From: Leucoraja ocellata | Lineage: Eukaryota | Direction of reading: 5' to 3' | Assembly: GCA_036785375.1 (NCBI GenBank) | Contig: JAWMAR010000026.1 | Location: forward strand, 12,152,001-12,216,000 | Length of the DNA: 64,000 nucleotides | Shown: positions 1-11,440 of the stretch, one piece after another | How positions within the stretch are numbered: position 1 is the stretch's first letter | Layout: every line of letters starts with the position of its first letter | Notes under the pieces: model-generated | Told to the model about the DNA's origin: nothing | Seen by the model: only the letters and a program-made list of their open reading frames with translations | The model's database searches: none | Made by a program: the position numbers and the translations under genes

Positions 1-85
1 ACCTTTCTCGCGCATTGAATGCTTTTATTAAAACACCGTGGTTTCAATTACAAGCAATTTACGAGCGCACTTATTCAATATCAGT

Positions 86-290
86 ATGTAGGAAAGAACT
101 GCAGATGCTGGTTTAAACCGAATATATGTTGGAGTAACTCAGCGGGACAGGCAACATCTCTTCGGAGAACGAATGGGTGACGTTTCGGATCGAGGTTTGA
201 AGAAGGGTATCGACCCCAAACGTCACTCATTCCTTCTACCCAGAGATGCTGCCTGCCCCGCTGAGTTACTCCAGCATTTTGTGTCTCTAT
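86..290. mobile_element. Penelope-like element terminal (pLTR) inverted repeat with degenerate hammerhead core
   Basis: Arms ggagtaactcagcgggacaggca / tgcctgccccgctgagttactcc flank tttgaagaagggtatcgaccccaaacgtc. Confidence 0.75.
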
Positions 291-1397
291 ACAAATCAGT
301 TCCATCTGTTGTGCCAACTTGGCGACAGTGAATCGACAACGTTAGATCGGCGTTAATGATGGTAGCTTGCAGAAGCCAAACGATGGAAAATAACAAGCTC
401 TGTTTCTCGCTGTGCTGATTCTACTCATTTACGTCTGCACGTAAAAGGTCCTATATTTGGCATTTATTAACGCGAACTCCTTCCGTACGAGCTGCAGCCG
501 GTGTCTAACTGGACGGGGAGTTAATTGTTGGGTTGCTTTGTCGGTTTATTACAAATCTTTAGAAAGCTTGACTTAATTCACTTAATCATGATAATCTTTA
601 ATGATGAAATAAATGTTACTGATTATTCCCGGACTTTAAATAATTTCATTTGAGATGTTGTTTACTTCTTTTTTCCCCCGTACGGTGCCACATTGGTTGA
701 ATAGACTGACGTTATGCCTGACAAAATTAGTATCAAGCGATTTCAAAAAAAAGAAAAAAGATTTCATTGAAGTCAGCTTGGAATCAGCAGCGATGAGTCC
801 CACATGTTGGAAGACCAAGGTCCTTGGGTTGCAGCAGCACATTGGTCTTATGAGGTTCCAAAGCTGTCGATGTAGAATAGAGGCATGACAGACTCTACCA
901 TCGACGTATTAAAATTGCTCCTACTCTATTTTCTTAGTGATGAGAAACCTGGACATCACACTCCAGCCACTCAAACTAACAGGAATATCATTTAAATATC
1001 TCATCGCAAAACATTTCTAACCACACCTCAGAATGAATTCCTTCCATCTCAGCATTTACCCGTTCTTAGCGATAAATCCATCTGGGAGATTGGCTTAAAA
1101 TTCGGGACCGCTAAATGAATGGGCTGCGCCAATTCATAGCGGCAATGAAAAGGAGTCTCGCAAAGTATCGTACAATGAACAAAATAACCCTCAATACCCA
1201 CGCGTCCCACAAGTGCTACTCGACCTGCTGGTTATGTCCATTGTGCTTTGTTTTATTTTGAATTACTGGTCCCTGTAATTTAAAATTGTTATTACTGGAT
1301 ATTTATCAACAGGCGATTTTTCATATTATCCTCGCGACTAGACTTTACAAATGACATAGAACTGAAAATTGTTTATTTCCCTAACACACACACTCAC

Positions 1398-1703
1398 CAA
1401 ATACGGTGATTCGGCTGCCACTTCCATTTCTGATAACCTGCTGCTGGAACTTTACTTGACAGTAATACAGGCCGGAGTCAGCTACACGCACATGTTGGAG
1501 AGTAAATGTTCCGCTTCCAGAATCTATGGTAAATTGTTTTCTATTGTCCGGTTCAAGGAAAGTCTTCATGCCGCCCCTCCACCAATTAACGCTAATATTG
1601 CCTTTCGATATTGGAAATGTGCAATACATGGTAGCATGTTCACCGCCGCCAACGTCCAAGTTGACAGGGAATTGGGACACTCGGGTCGGATAGACTTCGG
1701 TAG
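1398..1703 (-). CDS. Ig V-set exon with germline-joined J-like G strand; NCR3/NKp30-like non-rearranging VJ-type receptor (partial gene, 3' exons not seen)
   Basis: Acceptor ttgtgtcccgacAG at 1705-1704, donor GTGAGT at 1397, 306 nt, phase 1/1. Translation (A)TEVYPTRVSQFPVNLDVGGGEHATMYC...VNWW...DSGLYYC...NGSGSRITVF has VSQxP, B-strand Cys, C-strand Trp, DxGxYYC and a GxGxxxxV J-like motif. Confidence 0.9.
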
Positions 1704-1896
1704 CTGTCGGGACACAAGCAAGAACAATTGAAACAGTTGTAAACACTGGACAGAGAAAACAGGAACCAACTGTCGAAAAGCACGAAACAACTATAAACCC
1801 GCGAGGGCCTAATAGATGAACCTAATAGCTCGAAACCAGGTCCGAATTTTCGTAAAATAATACTTAGACCAGAAATGGCACACATTTTAACTATAC

Positions 1897-1951
1897 CCTG
1901 CGTTAGTATGACCAGAAGAGCCATGGACCAAACTCTAACTTTCACCGACAT
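1897..1951 (-). CDS. Leader/signal-peptide exon of a V-set IgSF gene (MSVKVRVWSMALLVILTQ, phase-1 donor)
   Basis: ATG at 1951, hydrophobic 18 codons + 1 nt, then donor GTATAG at 1896. The phase-1 donor joins in frame to the phase-1 acceptor of the V exon across a 193-nt intron. Confidence 0.8.
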
Positions 1952-1989
1952 ATTACAAGAATAAATTGCCAACTTGTTGTTAGTTTACT

Positions 1990-2140
1990 CAAAACTTGCT
2001 CTGCGGAAAAGGAAATTATGAGTAAATATATGAAACGTGACCGTGACGTAATATATCCCACGACTGTGGCTCGTGCGGCGGGAGAGGTCATAGTTCGGCC
2101 CATTCCCATTGTAACAAAGCCTTCCAATACTTCCTGAAAC
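1990..2140 (-). promoter_or_regulatory. Putative proximal promoter/5' UTR of the IgSF gene
   Basis: TATA-like TATATTTA (~2023-2030, minus), CRE-like TGACGTAA (2044-2051), Ets site CAGGAAGT (2129-2136, minus). CpG-rich. A polypyrimidine-AG at 2002-2001 could instead be an acceptor for an upstream UTR exon. Confidence 0.4.
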
Positions 2141-3078
2141 ATGTTCACAACCTCCTCCCGTAGCATCCAGATTTTTACTCAGAATTGAATATGCATCAGC
2201 TGCCTACTCAGTTAATTTTCACAAATCGTTTCGGCGTAGAAGGTAAGGAGTGCTTGTGAATATTTAGATGCACAAACGTAGACACCCACCTTCCTTTGAA
2301 TCTCCCCCCCCCCCCCTTCCCAATTTGTGTTGTGCTCTTTCGCTCTTTCGATTATATACATTCAAGCAACAATTTTGTTCAGCCCTCACCATCGCCATCC
2401 GCCGCTTTCTATTGATTATGTTTCCATCTGACGCTTTATCAATAACTCCGGTTGCTATTCCTACAAAACCAAATCTCCATGCTGGTTTTTGTTAACTAAT
2501 ATTTCTACTATTTTCATAAACACCATTGCAGCAATATTCTATGGGGAGTCCAGCAGAAAATTGGTGCCAAGCCGCGACAGCTAACGTATGAATGAAATCT
2601 ATGTTTTTTCTTCCGATAATGCCCAGTAGAGCAATCAACATGCTGTTGACATCCACACAACACAGGAGAATAGGGGCTGTAAATTAATCGAATGGGCCAA
2701 TATAAATTAGGGAGATTTAACCCAAACTTTAAATTTCCTCCAAAGTATTGTTTTAAAAATCGTAGAAATGAAGGATTACTTAAAGTTTGGACTACAGGCA
2801 AGAAGCCAACGTGGTGAGCGAGGCGGTTTGTACTCTTTATGTTTTCCCCGTATCGTGGTTATACTCACATTCCTCTGCACAAACCAATGATTTTGGCTTC
2901 AGAACACACATTAAATTGCACGAGTAGAAACCTGTTGTAGGCCAAATGGTTAAGTAATTTTCGTGTAATTTAACTGTTTGATGCGCCTCACTTAGAGACC
3001 TTGTGCCGTTCAATGGAAGGACATAATACTCCAAATATACACAGTAATTCTCTGGATATTTTTTAAATTACTGAAATC

Positions 3079-3383
3079 GGGCAGGACCGTATCGCAGCGG
3101 TAAAGTTGCTGCACTTACAGCGCCAGAGACCTGGGTTCGATCCCGACTGCGGGTGCTGTCTGTATGGAGTTTGTACGTTCGTCCCGTGACTGGCTTGGGT
3201 TTTCTCTGGGCGCTCCGGTTTCCGCCCACATTCCAAAGACGTACATGTTCGTAGGTTGATTGGCTTCGGTAAAGATTGTAAATTGTCCCTAGCGTGCAGG
3301 ATAGTGCTAATGTACGGGGTGATCGCTGGTCGGCGCGGACTCTGTGGGTCGAAGGGCCTGTTTCCGCGCTGTATCTCTAAACT
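3079..3383 (+). mobile_element. tRNA-derived V-SINE (HE1-like)
   Basis: tRNA-like head (cgcagcggtaaag...gggttcgatccc, B box), central V-domain-like ctccggtttcc.cccac, CR1-like 3' tail gaagggcctgtttccgcgctgtatctctaaa. Confidence 0.85.
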
Positions 3384-3482
3384 ATTGCTTCTGTAAATGG
3401 CTTCTATTTGAACTTCCATGTAAAGATTGCGTAATATTCGGGTTTTAAGTCTGTCCACATTAACCGTTCAAACGAGGAGCTG

Positions 3483-3682
3483 NNNNNNNNNNNNNNNNNN
3501 NNNNNNNNNNNNNNNNNNNNNNNNNNNNNNNNNNNNNNNNNNNNNNNNNNNNNNNNNNNNNNNNNNNNNNNNNNNNNNNNNNNNNNNNNNNNNNNNNNNN
3601 NNNNNNNNNNNNNNNNNNNNNNNNNNNNNNNNNNNNNNNNNNNNNNNNNNNNNNNNNNNNNNNNNNNNNNNNNNNNNNNNNN
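3483..3682. other. Assembly gap (200 N)
   Basis: Run of N. Confidence 1.
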
Positions 3683-3815
3683 AGCACCGGGAGGGAATCC
3701 ATATGGTCACAAAGTGAAAGTGCAAACTCCACACAGACAGCATCAGAGGTCAGGATCCAACCTGGGTGTCCGGCACTCTGAGGGAGCAGCTCAACCAGCT
3801 GCGCAACTGTGCCGC
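3683..3815 (-). mobile_element. V-SINE 5' half abutting the gap
   Basis: Reverse complement of the SINE head (caaactccacacagacagca...ctgcgcaactgtgccgc). Confidence 0.7.
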
Positions 3816-4719
3816 AATACTTACTATTAAGCCATTGTTTATTTTCCTAGGGCGTCCAATGTCATGCATTTTGCGGGTGGTGTTTTTCTTTCATGTTTGC
3901 CAAAGGTTTATCGTGGAAGGTCAAAATTTACCTGCACAAAGAATATAGTCTTTGCTGTGGAAACTCTGGACCATTAGTTTTCTGGGTAACCAGAGCGAGC
4001 ACATGGTTGAACAGTCTTGTTCTTTAGGAGGCTGGGCTGCCGGTTGACACAGTTTGAACTCCTGTGTCTTTCACTGTATCTGAGTATCCCATCGTATCCC
4101 CTCTTGAAAAAACATTGCATTCCCTTTCTAGAATGTGTGTTCCAACTGGACTTCAGTTGTGAGGTTACTGGTTTTGTATTTGCTCCTTCATCTGGATGGG
4201 AATCGCCCAGTTAAATGTAGGTCTACGAGTGGTGATACAGTTGAGGACATCATTCCACTTGGGTATGCTCCTCAATGTAGCAGCCTGATTTCCATTCCTG
4301 AAAGATGGTAATGAAACAATTGGGCTCATGTGATAATCTGTTAGACTCGTGGTGACCCAAGTCACTTTCTCTTGTTTTTATTCTGAATTTAGTTAATTAT
4401 TTGTTAATTATCCTCAGAATGCAAATCACAGACAGTCTCACCTGGTCCAGGAACAACACTGGGATTGTCAAACGGGCCCATCAGCGACTGCACTACCTGA
4501 GGAAGCCAATAGGCATCATCTGCTCTATCCTCGTTAGACTCTCTCGTTAATCATGAAGTCGTAGGGTCATGCCGCACAGGAACAGGATGTTACAGCCCAC
4601 CACGTCCATGTAGATATGGACCATATTATTTTCCGTTGAATTGTGAAAGGAACTGAACATTGGACAATCACCAGCAAACATCCCGACTTGGACTTTATGG
4701 TGAAGGAAGGCCATTGGTG

Positions 4720-4840
4720 AGGATGGTAAACCTCTGCCTCAACTGAAAGGACTGTCGTGGTCCTTGGACAGAGCCGAGGGAGGGGGTTTAGGGACAGGTA
4801 TTCCAACTCCTGCATTTGCAGGGGAAAGTACCTGGGTGGT
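4720..4840 (-). mobile_element. Penelope-like element ORF fragment
   Basis: aaacctctgcctcaactgaaaggactgtcg matches the PLE fragment at 42510-42540. Confidence 0.55.
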
Positions 4841-6174
4841 TTGAGCCTACCTACCGTGTTCCCCTGACTAGTTTCACTGTCCTCCTGATTAAATTTTACT
4901 GATTGTATGCCTCGTTCACCTTCCCCTTTGATCTCTCGTTTTCACACCTTACCTTTCCATAAAAAGCAGGCAGCTGGGTCAAAGGAAATGGGAAGACAGT
5001 TTTTCCAGAGCTACATGAATCCCGGCGCATCAGCTGAAACAGTTTTAAGATTATAACTGAGAGGGGCTCCCCCATTACTAGTTAGTCATTTGTTTGCTCT
5101 GGGTGTCATGTCTCTTTATTTGTATTCTACATATTCATGGAACTGTGATTTCTCTATGAATCAATACACTATTCTGTTAAACTGTAATGTTTGTAGAAGG
5201 CTGATGTCTTACATCTAAGCTGTACGGCTGACAAAGCACATCATTAATAAACCCTGGCTTATAGCTATGCATCTCAACTCTTCGATAACTTGGATGCTGC
5301 AACTCCAATTCAGTGTTATTCATTGCTGTACAACTGAGCTCATGCAATGATCCCCATTCCCAGTCATCTTGGCAGTCAGTGAATTTCAAAACAGGTCAAT
5401 AACTGGTATCCAATTCCACGAGGATTATCTGCAGTTCAGAATCTCTTATGTCGCTTCCATCAAATGCCTTGTAAGATGTCCATAAATTGTAGTGTTTTAA
5501 TCTTAGTTTCTAGGTAGTTTTGAAAGGGACAAAAATGAGGTTGGGATTTATACACCGATAAATAAGTTTTGATAGAATTTAGTGTTTGTGACTTGTTCAT
5601 TTCTGCATTTCATTTTGCTTACAGAAATGAAATCGTAAAGCAAAATGCAGTGCATTACTAATGCAAAAAAAAGTGTAATTTGAATTGCTTTTTATTCATT
5701 ATTCAAATTTATAGGGGTAAACCAAATATAGTTGAAACCAAGAGATATTTTCCTAAAATTGCAGTCACCAAAGTGATAATAGATCACACACAGATGTGAC
5801 TTATACATCTGATTTTAAGATACAGTAAAAAAATGTTGTCCCTGAATGTATTTTTTTCCTATTATAGTTAACTTTTCAAATAACTATATGAATCTGATTA
5901 GGAGGCATGTCCATACACATTCTGGTCAGATGGAAGCAAGCTAGATCATCACACCCTGTCAGACTGTCAACAAAATAGTTTAAAAATCTCAATTAAATTT
6001 CATATGACCTGCCCAGTTGTGGCTCTGAGACAGACCGCTGTAAATTCACTTATTATAAAGAAATTACTGCCTCTTCAACCTGCATGCTAATCTCAATTGG
6101 TGTGTGAGTTTCATCATATTTGTGAAACATTGCGCTTCAGTCTATGCAAGTGCATAACTTCCTGAGAGAGACAG

Positions 6175-6456
6175 TATGGACGTAGCAGCATAGCTACTGC
6201 CTTACAGCGTCAGAGGTCTGGGTTTGATCCTGACTGATCCTGACTAGGGGCGCTAGTCTGCACGTCTGCTAGTTTAGTGTTCTTCTTCGTGATCTGCATG
6301 GGTTTTCTCCCAGATCTTCTGTTTCCTCCCACACTCCATAGGAGTGCAAGTTAATTAGCTTAGTACAAATGTAAATTGTCCCTCTTGTGTGTGGGACTCA
6401 TGTTAGGTGTGCAGGGATCGACTGTTTCCACACTGTATCTCTAAACTAAACTAAAC
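6175..6456 (+). mobile_element. V-SINE (degenerate)
   Basis: Same consensus as 3079-3383; ends in (CTAAA)3. Confidence 0.75.
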
Positions 6457-6800
6457 ACAAGTGGACAGAGTGGTAAAGAAAGCATTCAACATGTCTGCCT
6501 TCATTGGTTAGGATATGAGTATGTCATTTAGCAGTTGCATAATAGTTTGGTGAGCACATTTGGAGTATTGTGCACAGTTCTGGTCACCCCATTACATTTT
6601 GGACAATATGGAGAGGGTGCAGAATGTTTTACCAGGATGTTGCACGGATTAGAGAATATTAACCATATGGAGAAGTTGGACAAATCTGGATTGTTTACCT
6701 GGAACTATGGAGTTTCTTTTCCAGGGTGGAAATGTCAAATACTAGGATGCGTAGCCTTAAGGTGTTAAGTGGGAAAGTTTAAAGTAGATGTGAGGGGCAA
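6457..6800 (+). mobile_element. CR1/HER1-like LINE RT 3' fragment
   Basis: tttggagtattgtgcacagttctggtcacc (LEYCxQFWSP) and gagagggtgcaga...tttaccaggatgttg, degenerate. Confidence 0.75.
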
Positions 6801-7635
6801 GTGAGGGAGAAGGGGAGTGGGGGTGAAGGGGGGGGGAGAGGAAGGAGGTAGGAGGAAAGAGAGGAAGGGGAGTGGGGTGGGGGGGAGGAAGGGGAGAGGA
6901 ATGGGAAAGGAGAGGGAGAGGGCGAACTTGAACTCAGTGTGTGGGCGACTCGGACGGGGCCGACTGACGAAAGGGCAGCGGTACCTCGCAGCTCTCTGGC
7001 GTCACAATTCCCCATGTCTCTGCGATCAACGGAGGAATCGCAGGTTTCCCAGAGGGAGTAATGGCCGCCAGTGCCACCTTCTCATCGCGCTACCATGCGC
7101 GACGATAACGGCTGCTGCCATGTTCTGCATCAGGCGGGAAGATGGACAGGATTCAAAAGATGGGCCGGTGGCCTCCGTTGAGCGGCACGACCTCCGGATC
7201 CGCAGAAGTTGCTCGTTCTTTCTGCGCCTTTTGAAGAACGGGGAGGGGGAGGGGGAGGGGGGGGGCGGGAGTGGTCGTGGGGGGAAAAGGTGGCGAGAAG
7301 AGGGGGGGGGGGGGGAAGGAGGAAGGGAGCAGGAAGTGGGGAGCGTAACTGGCTCATTGAAAATCTGCGGAGCTAGTCGCAAGGAACAAAGGCATTGTGA
7401 CATCAGGAGCTGGCCAGCGGCGATATTTGTGTTTGTTTGGTGAACAATTTGTGTGAAAATATCGGGCAATAATTGACCAAATTTACAGAGGAGTGGATTT
7501 CTAAAATCATAAGGTCAATCGCTAATGAAATCTGAAAATATTTCCCCGTTTTGGCGTCTGGTTTTCGAGGAGATAACTTTCAAAGGCAAAATGACCCACA
7601 CCCCCACCCACACACCCACACGCACCTTCTTAAGT
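6800..7635 (-). mobile_element. GC-rich non-autonomous DNA element, possibly Helitron-like
   Basis: CpG-rich with G-tracts. The right end on the minus strand (GT-rich, then cgccaaaacgg) resembles the 5' region of the element at 35124. No coding signal. Confidence 0.35.
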
Positions 7636-8393
7636 CACATATTGCTAATAATTCAAGATCTAAAATCTTCTCTGCAGAATTATGAAGAAAGCCCCACTGC
7701 AGAAATGATTTCAGGAATTTGTAAATGTAAAACCAATTAAACTGAATTATAAACTGAATTATAGATCCTTTAACAGTGGGATTAGGGATGGGATTACATT
7801 AATTCTAACGCATTTTAAATTAATATTTGATTTAATGAGGTATTAACTTTTCTGTTATTTCTCTCTGCTGTGGACTGTAGTCAGTGTTATTGTCATCTCT
7901 CTCCCTCAGCCTCCCCCCCTTCCTCTCATATTCTGTCTCTGTGGACCTCATCATGGTAAACCTCTTTCCAGGTGACATCACAAAGGGAACCAGAGGCCGA
8001 TCACAAATTAGCGCATAATTCTGCCAAGGAGCAGAAGACTCCCGGGATCTGCTGCGGTGCAACGGCCAAATGACCGGCGGGCCCAGAGCAACCTGAGGGA
8101 GGGGGGGCATTCTGATATACGCCACAGAGTCAACGGTTCAATCTATGGTATTTTTGTTGACATAGCATGGAGCGCAGTCTGAATAAAAATTCCTCCGCCT
8201 ACATGAGTTGGGAGATAACTTTACATCATTGAAATTCTGAGCGATATGTCTCATTAAGTCTATCCCTGTGGCAGCTGTAACTGGTAAGACTCTCACCTCT
8301 GCAATATCCAGGGATCTCCGTCAAGTTTCTCATAACTATCACGCTTGAAACATTTATATTGTTTATAAAGGTTCATATGGCTCCACAATTGGA

Positions 8394-8948
8394 GTCAGGC
8401 CCAAATTGGAGTATTGTGGAGCCATATGGGATCCTTTCAACACCAACAACAAGATCACCCTGGAGAAAGTACAACACCGAGCAGCCCGCTTTGTAGGTAA
8501 TGACTACAAGCGCAACTCAAGCGTGAATAATATGCGGACTTCTCTCGGATGGGATACCCTAGAGCTCCGCAGACTCAGGCTGAGACTTATTGCAATTTAC
8601 AAGGAGATTCACAAAATCACGCCATCAAATTTCCTGTCATCCCAGAGCACCAACTGCAATGAAACAAGACAAAATAACAGTCCCTACATCATCAACTCGC
8701 TAATTTCAATAAACGTTGCTACCAATATTCCCTTTAGCCAAGGACGATAAGGGAATGGAATAGGTTCCCACCCAACACACGGGCCGCTCCCGATGTTAAG
8801 TCATTTAAAAAGGGGATGTGCAACTAAATCTCCTCAACTTGGTCAAAAAGGCCCACTTCAAAATTTAATCACTACTCTACTCACTCCGACCTGCGTGAGA
8901 TAACCACATGAGGTGTTTGTGCCGGTAATCAACCAGAACCAGAACCAG
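8394..8948 (+). mobile_element. Non-LTR retrotransposon 3' end (RT C-terminus, 3' UTR, (AACCAG)3 tail), distinct from the local CR1/Rex families
   Basis: VRPKLEYCGAIWDP...LEKVQHRAARFV...SSVNNMRTSLGWDTLELRRLRLRL; tandem tail at 8931-8948. Confidence 0.8.
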
Positions 8949-9419
8949 ATATTCACATCAATCTCAAATCAGAGGTCCACTGTGATACCCAATGTGAATC
9001 CATCAGTTTCCTCTTCTGCTCCTATTGATCTTGCGTAACCAAACTTGTCTCCAGGCGACATCTCAAAACACCCACCTTGTCACAATGCAGCCAAGCTCCA
9101 AACAGGAAGGGTTTCACTGCCAGGGGCCAGGTTCTACTCACCTGCACTTAGTTGATCATGGCACGTGTAATAATGTTACAAAGAACCAATTCTTTAGCTT
9201 GTTCAGCAACTGTGATGTGGCAGTTGAGCAATAGTTTCTGGGGTGGTCTCGTGTCTCTAACTAGTTAATTCCATGGGAAAGGAAAGATCCTCGTGACCAA
9301 AATGTGGAGAAGTATCACATGGATTCTGTGACAGAAACATCGGAAATTTCAGCAGGAACATACAGCCATAGTCGTACAGTCTATCTTCGGTTTAAACCAG
9401 CATCTGCAGTTCCTTCCAA

Positions 9420-10285
9420 TGCAAAGCCAGGCCCTTCAGCCCAACCCTTCCATGCTGACCAAGATGCTGCATCTGAGCTAGTCCCATTTACCTGTGTTGG
9501 TCCATTCCCATTTAAACCATATCTATCCATGCACTTGTCCAAATGTCCTTTAAATGTCCTTATTGCATTTTTCAGTTAGCGATTGTCTGCTTCAACTGCC
9601 TTCCCTGGCATCTCATTCCACATACCTGCCATCCTTCCCATTAAATATTTCCCCTCTCACTATAAACCAATGCCCTCTTGTTCTGGATTCCTCTACCCTG
9701 GGTAAAATACTCTGTAAATACACCCTATCTGTTCCCGTCATGATTTAATACAGCTCCTATGCTTCCAGGAATAATGCCTCAGCCTGCCCAATCTCTTCCT
9801 ATGGCTCAGGGCCATTGAGTCTTGGCAACATCCTTGTAAATTTCTTCTGCACCCTTTCCAGCTAATGGCATATTTCTATACCAGGGTGACAAAACAACTG
9901 AACCAATGCTCCTACTGCAGCCTCTCCAATGTCTTGGGCAATTCTAACATCATGTCGCAATTTCGATACTGTGTTGTTCAACTGATGATGGCAATCATGC
10001 CAAAAGCCTTCTTTACCACCCTATATATTATATTACCACCCTGCAACGGGCACTTTCAGGGAACTGTGTACTTGTAGTCTCAGCTCCCTCTGCTCTGCAA
10101 TACTTCTCAGGGCCTATCGGTAACAGTGAGGCCTTGCCCTGGATCGACCCCTCAAAATGCAAACACCTCTCACTTATCTGAATTAAACTATCAGCCATTC
10201 CTCGACCCACTTGCCCAGCTGATCAAGATCCCGCTGCAATTCTTGATAACCATCTTCAATGTCTACGACCTATTTTAGTGCCATC
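9420..10285 (-). mobile_element. CR1/HER1-like LINE 3' fragment
   Basis: Reverse complement shows ggaaagggtgcagaagaaatttacaaggatgttgcc and the terminal gggctgaagggcctg motif. Confidence 0.75.
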
Positions 10286-10317
10286 TAAAAGCTATCATTC
10301 TCATACAAATCGAACAG

Positions 10318-10619
10318 GCAGAACGGTGGCGCAGCAGTAGAGTTGCTGCCTTGCAGTGCCAGAGACCCAAGTTCGATTGTAACTATGGGTGCTGTCTGTA
10401 TGGAGTTTGTACGTTTTCCCATGACCACATGGGTTTTTCCCGGGTGCTCCAGTTTCCTCCCACACTCCAAAGAGGTTTGGAAGTTAATTTGCATTGGTAA
10501 AGATAGTAAATTGTCCTTAGTGTGTAGGATAGTGCTAGTTTACGGGGATCGCTGGTCGGCGCGGACTCGGTGGGCTGACGGACCCCTTTCCACGCTGTAT
10601 CTCTATACTAAACTAAACT
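10318..10619 (+). mobile_element. V-SINE, near full length
   Basis: ggtggcgcagcagtagagttgctgcc head through ctgtatctctatactaaactaaac tail. Confidence 0.85.
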
Positions 10620-10974
10620 CCTTCTTAAAAGGCTTCATTTGCTCATTACAGCATGTTAATCACAGTGTGGTGAATGCACACTGGTTTGTGGCTTGTGTAT
10701 ACCAGCTGTTAAATTTAACAGTTATTTTAAGGTTGACGAGTCATTATTATCAAGGAACTGGTTGCACGGCTGGTTAAGTAATGATGTGTGCACCGGGCTT
10801 CAGTTCCACTGAGAAAGTCGACCACCTCAATCAACAGGTTTGTGAGTCTTCCGGTACCACAAGACATCCATAAGGGAACACTGCTGAGTACATGCTAAGT
10901 GATGCACATGGTGCAGTCAAAGCAAAGGCATTTTGGGGAAGGACCCCAAATCAAGGTGCTGCCACCAAAAAGTC

Positions 10975-11310
10975 ATAGCGTGAGCCCTTCGGCCCAACTA
11001 GCCCATACCGGCCAACATGTCCCAGCTACACTAGTCCCACCTGCCTGCGTTTTGGCCCATATCCCTCTAAACCTGTCCTATCCATGTACCTGCTAATTGT
11101 TTCTTAAACGTTACGATAGTCCCCTGCCTCATCCACTCTTCTGGGCAGCTGATGGTTATGTGGACGAGCTGCCAGAGGAAGTAGTAGAGGCAAATACAAT
11201 GACAACATTTAAAGGATATTTGGACAGGTCCATGGATTGAAAAGGTTTAAAGGGATATGGGTCAAATGTTGTCAAGAGAATTAGCTCAGGGAGGCACTTT
11301 GGTCAGCATG
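10975..11310. mobile_element. Two CR1-like 3' fragments in opposite orientations
   Basis: cccttcggcccaac...(minus) followed by gacgagctgccagaggaagtagtagaggca...(plus). Confidence 0.6.
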
Positions 11311-11311
11311 T

Positions 11312-11440
11312 ATGAGGAAGAGTCTCGACCCAAAATGTCACCCATTCCTTCTATCCAGAGATGCTGCCTGCCCTGCTGAGTTACTCCAGCATTTTGTGTC
11401 TATCTTCGGTAAAGCAGCATCTGCAGTTCCTTCCTACACA
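11312..11440 (+). mobile_element. PLE terminal repeat, single long arm
   Basis: Degenerate hammerhead core followed by cacccattcc...cagcatctgcagttccttcctacaca. Confidence 0.75.

Noticed and set aside
394-444. Hydrophobic stretch QALFLAVLILLIYVCT on the plus strand
   Set aside because: Wrong strand for the Ig gene, no start or splice context, bounded by stops.
1-1397. Downstream C/TM exon of the Ig gene
   Set aside because: Candidate minus-strand acceptors (~718, ~435, ~493) lead to short non-Ig, non-TM peptides with early stops; the exons probably lie outside the window.
3079-3150. tRNA gene
   Set aside because: The A/B boxes belong to the tRNA-derived SINE head; no full cloverleaf, and it is repeated in over 20 SINE copies.
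3427-3743. ORFs crossing the N run
   Set aside because: Artefacts of the assembly gap.
6817-7443. 208-aa G/E/R-rich ORF and its antisense Pro-rich ORFs
   Set aside because: Low-complexity translation of G-tract repeat sequence; no domain.
10661-10690. CACAGTG heptamer as a possible RSS
   Set aside because: No correctly oriented ACAAAAACC-like nonamer at 12/23 spacing and no adjacent V/D/J segment.
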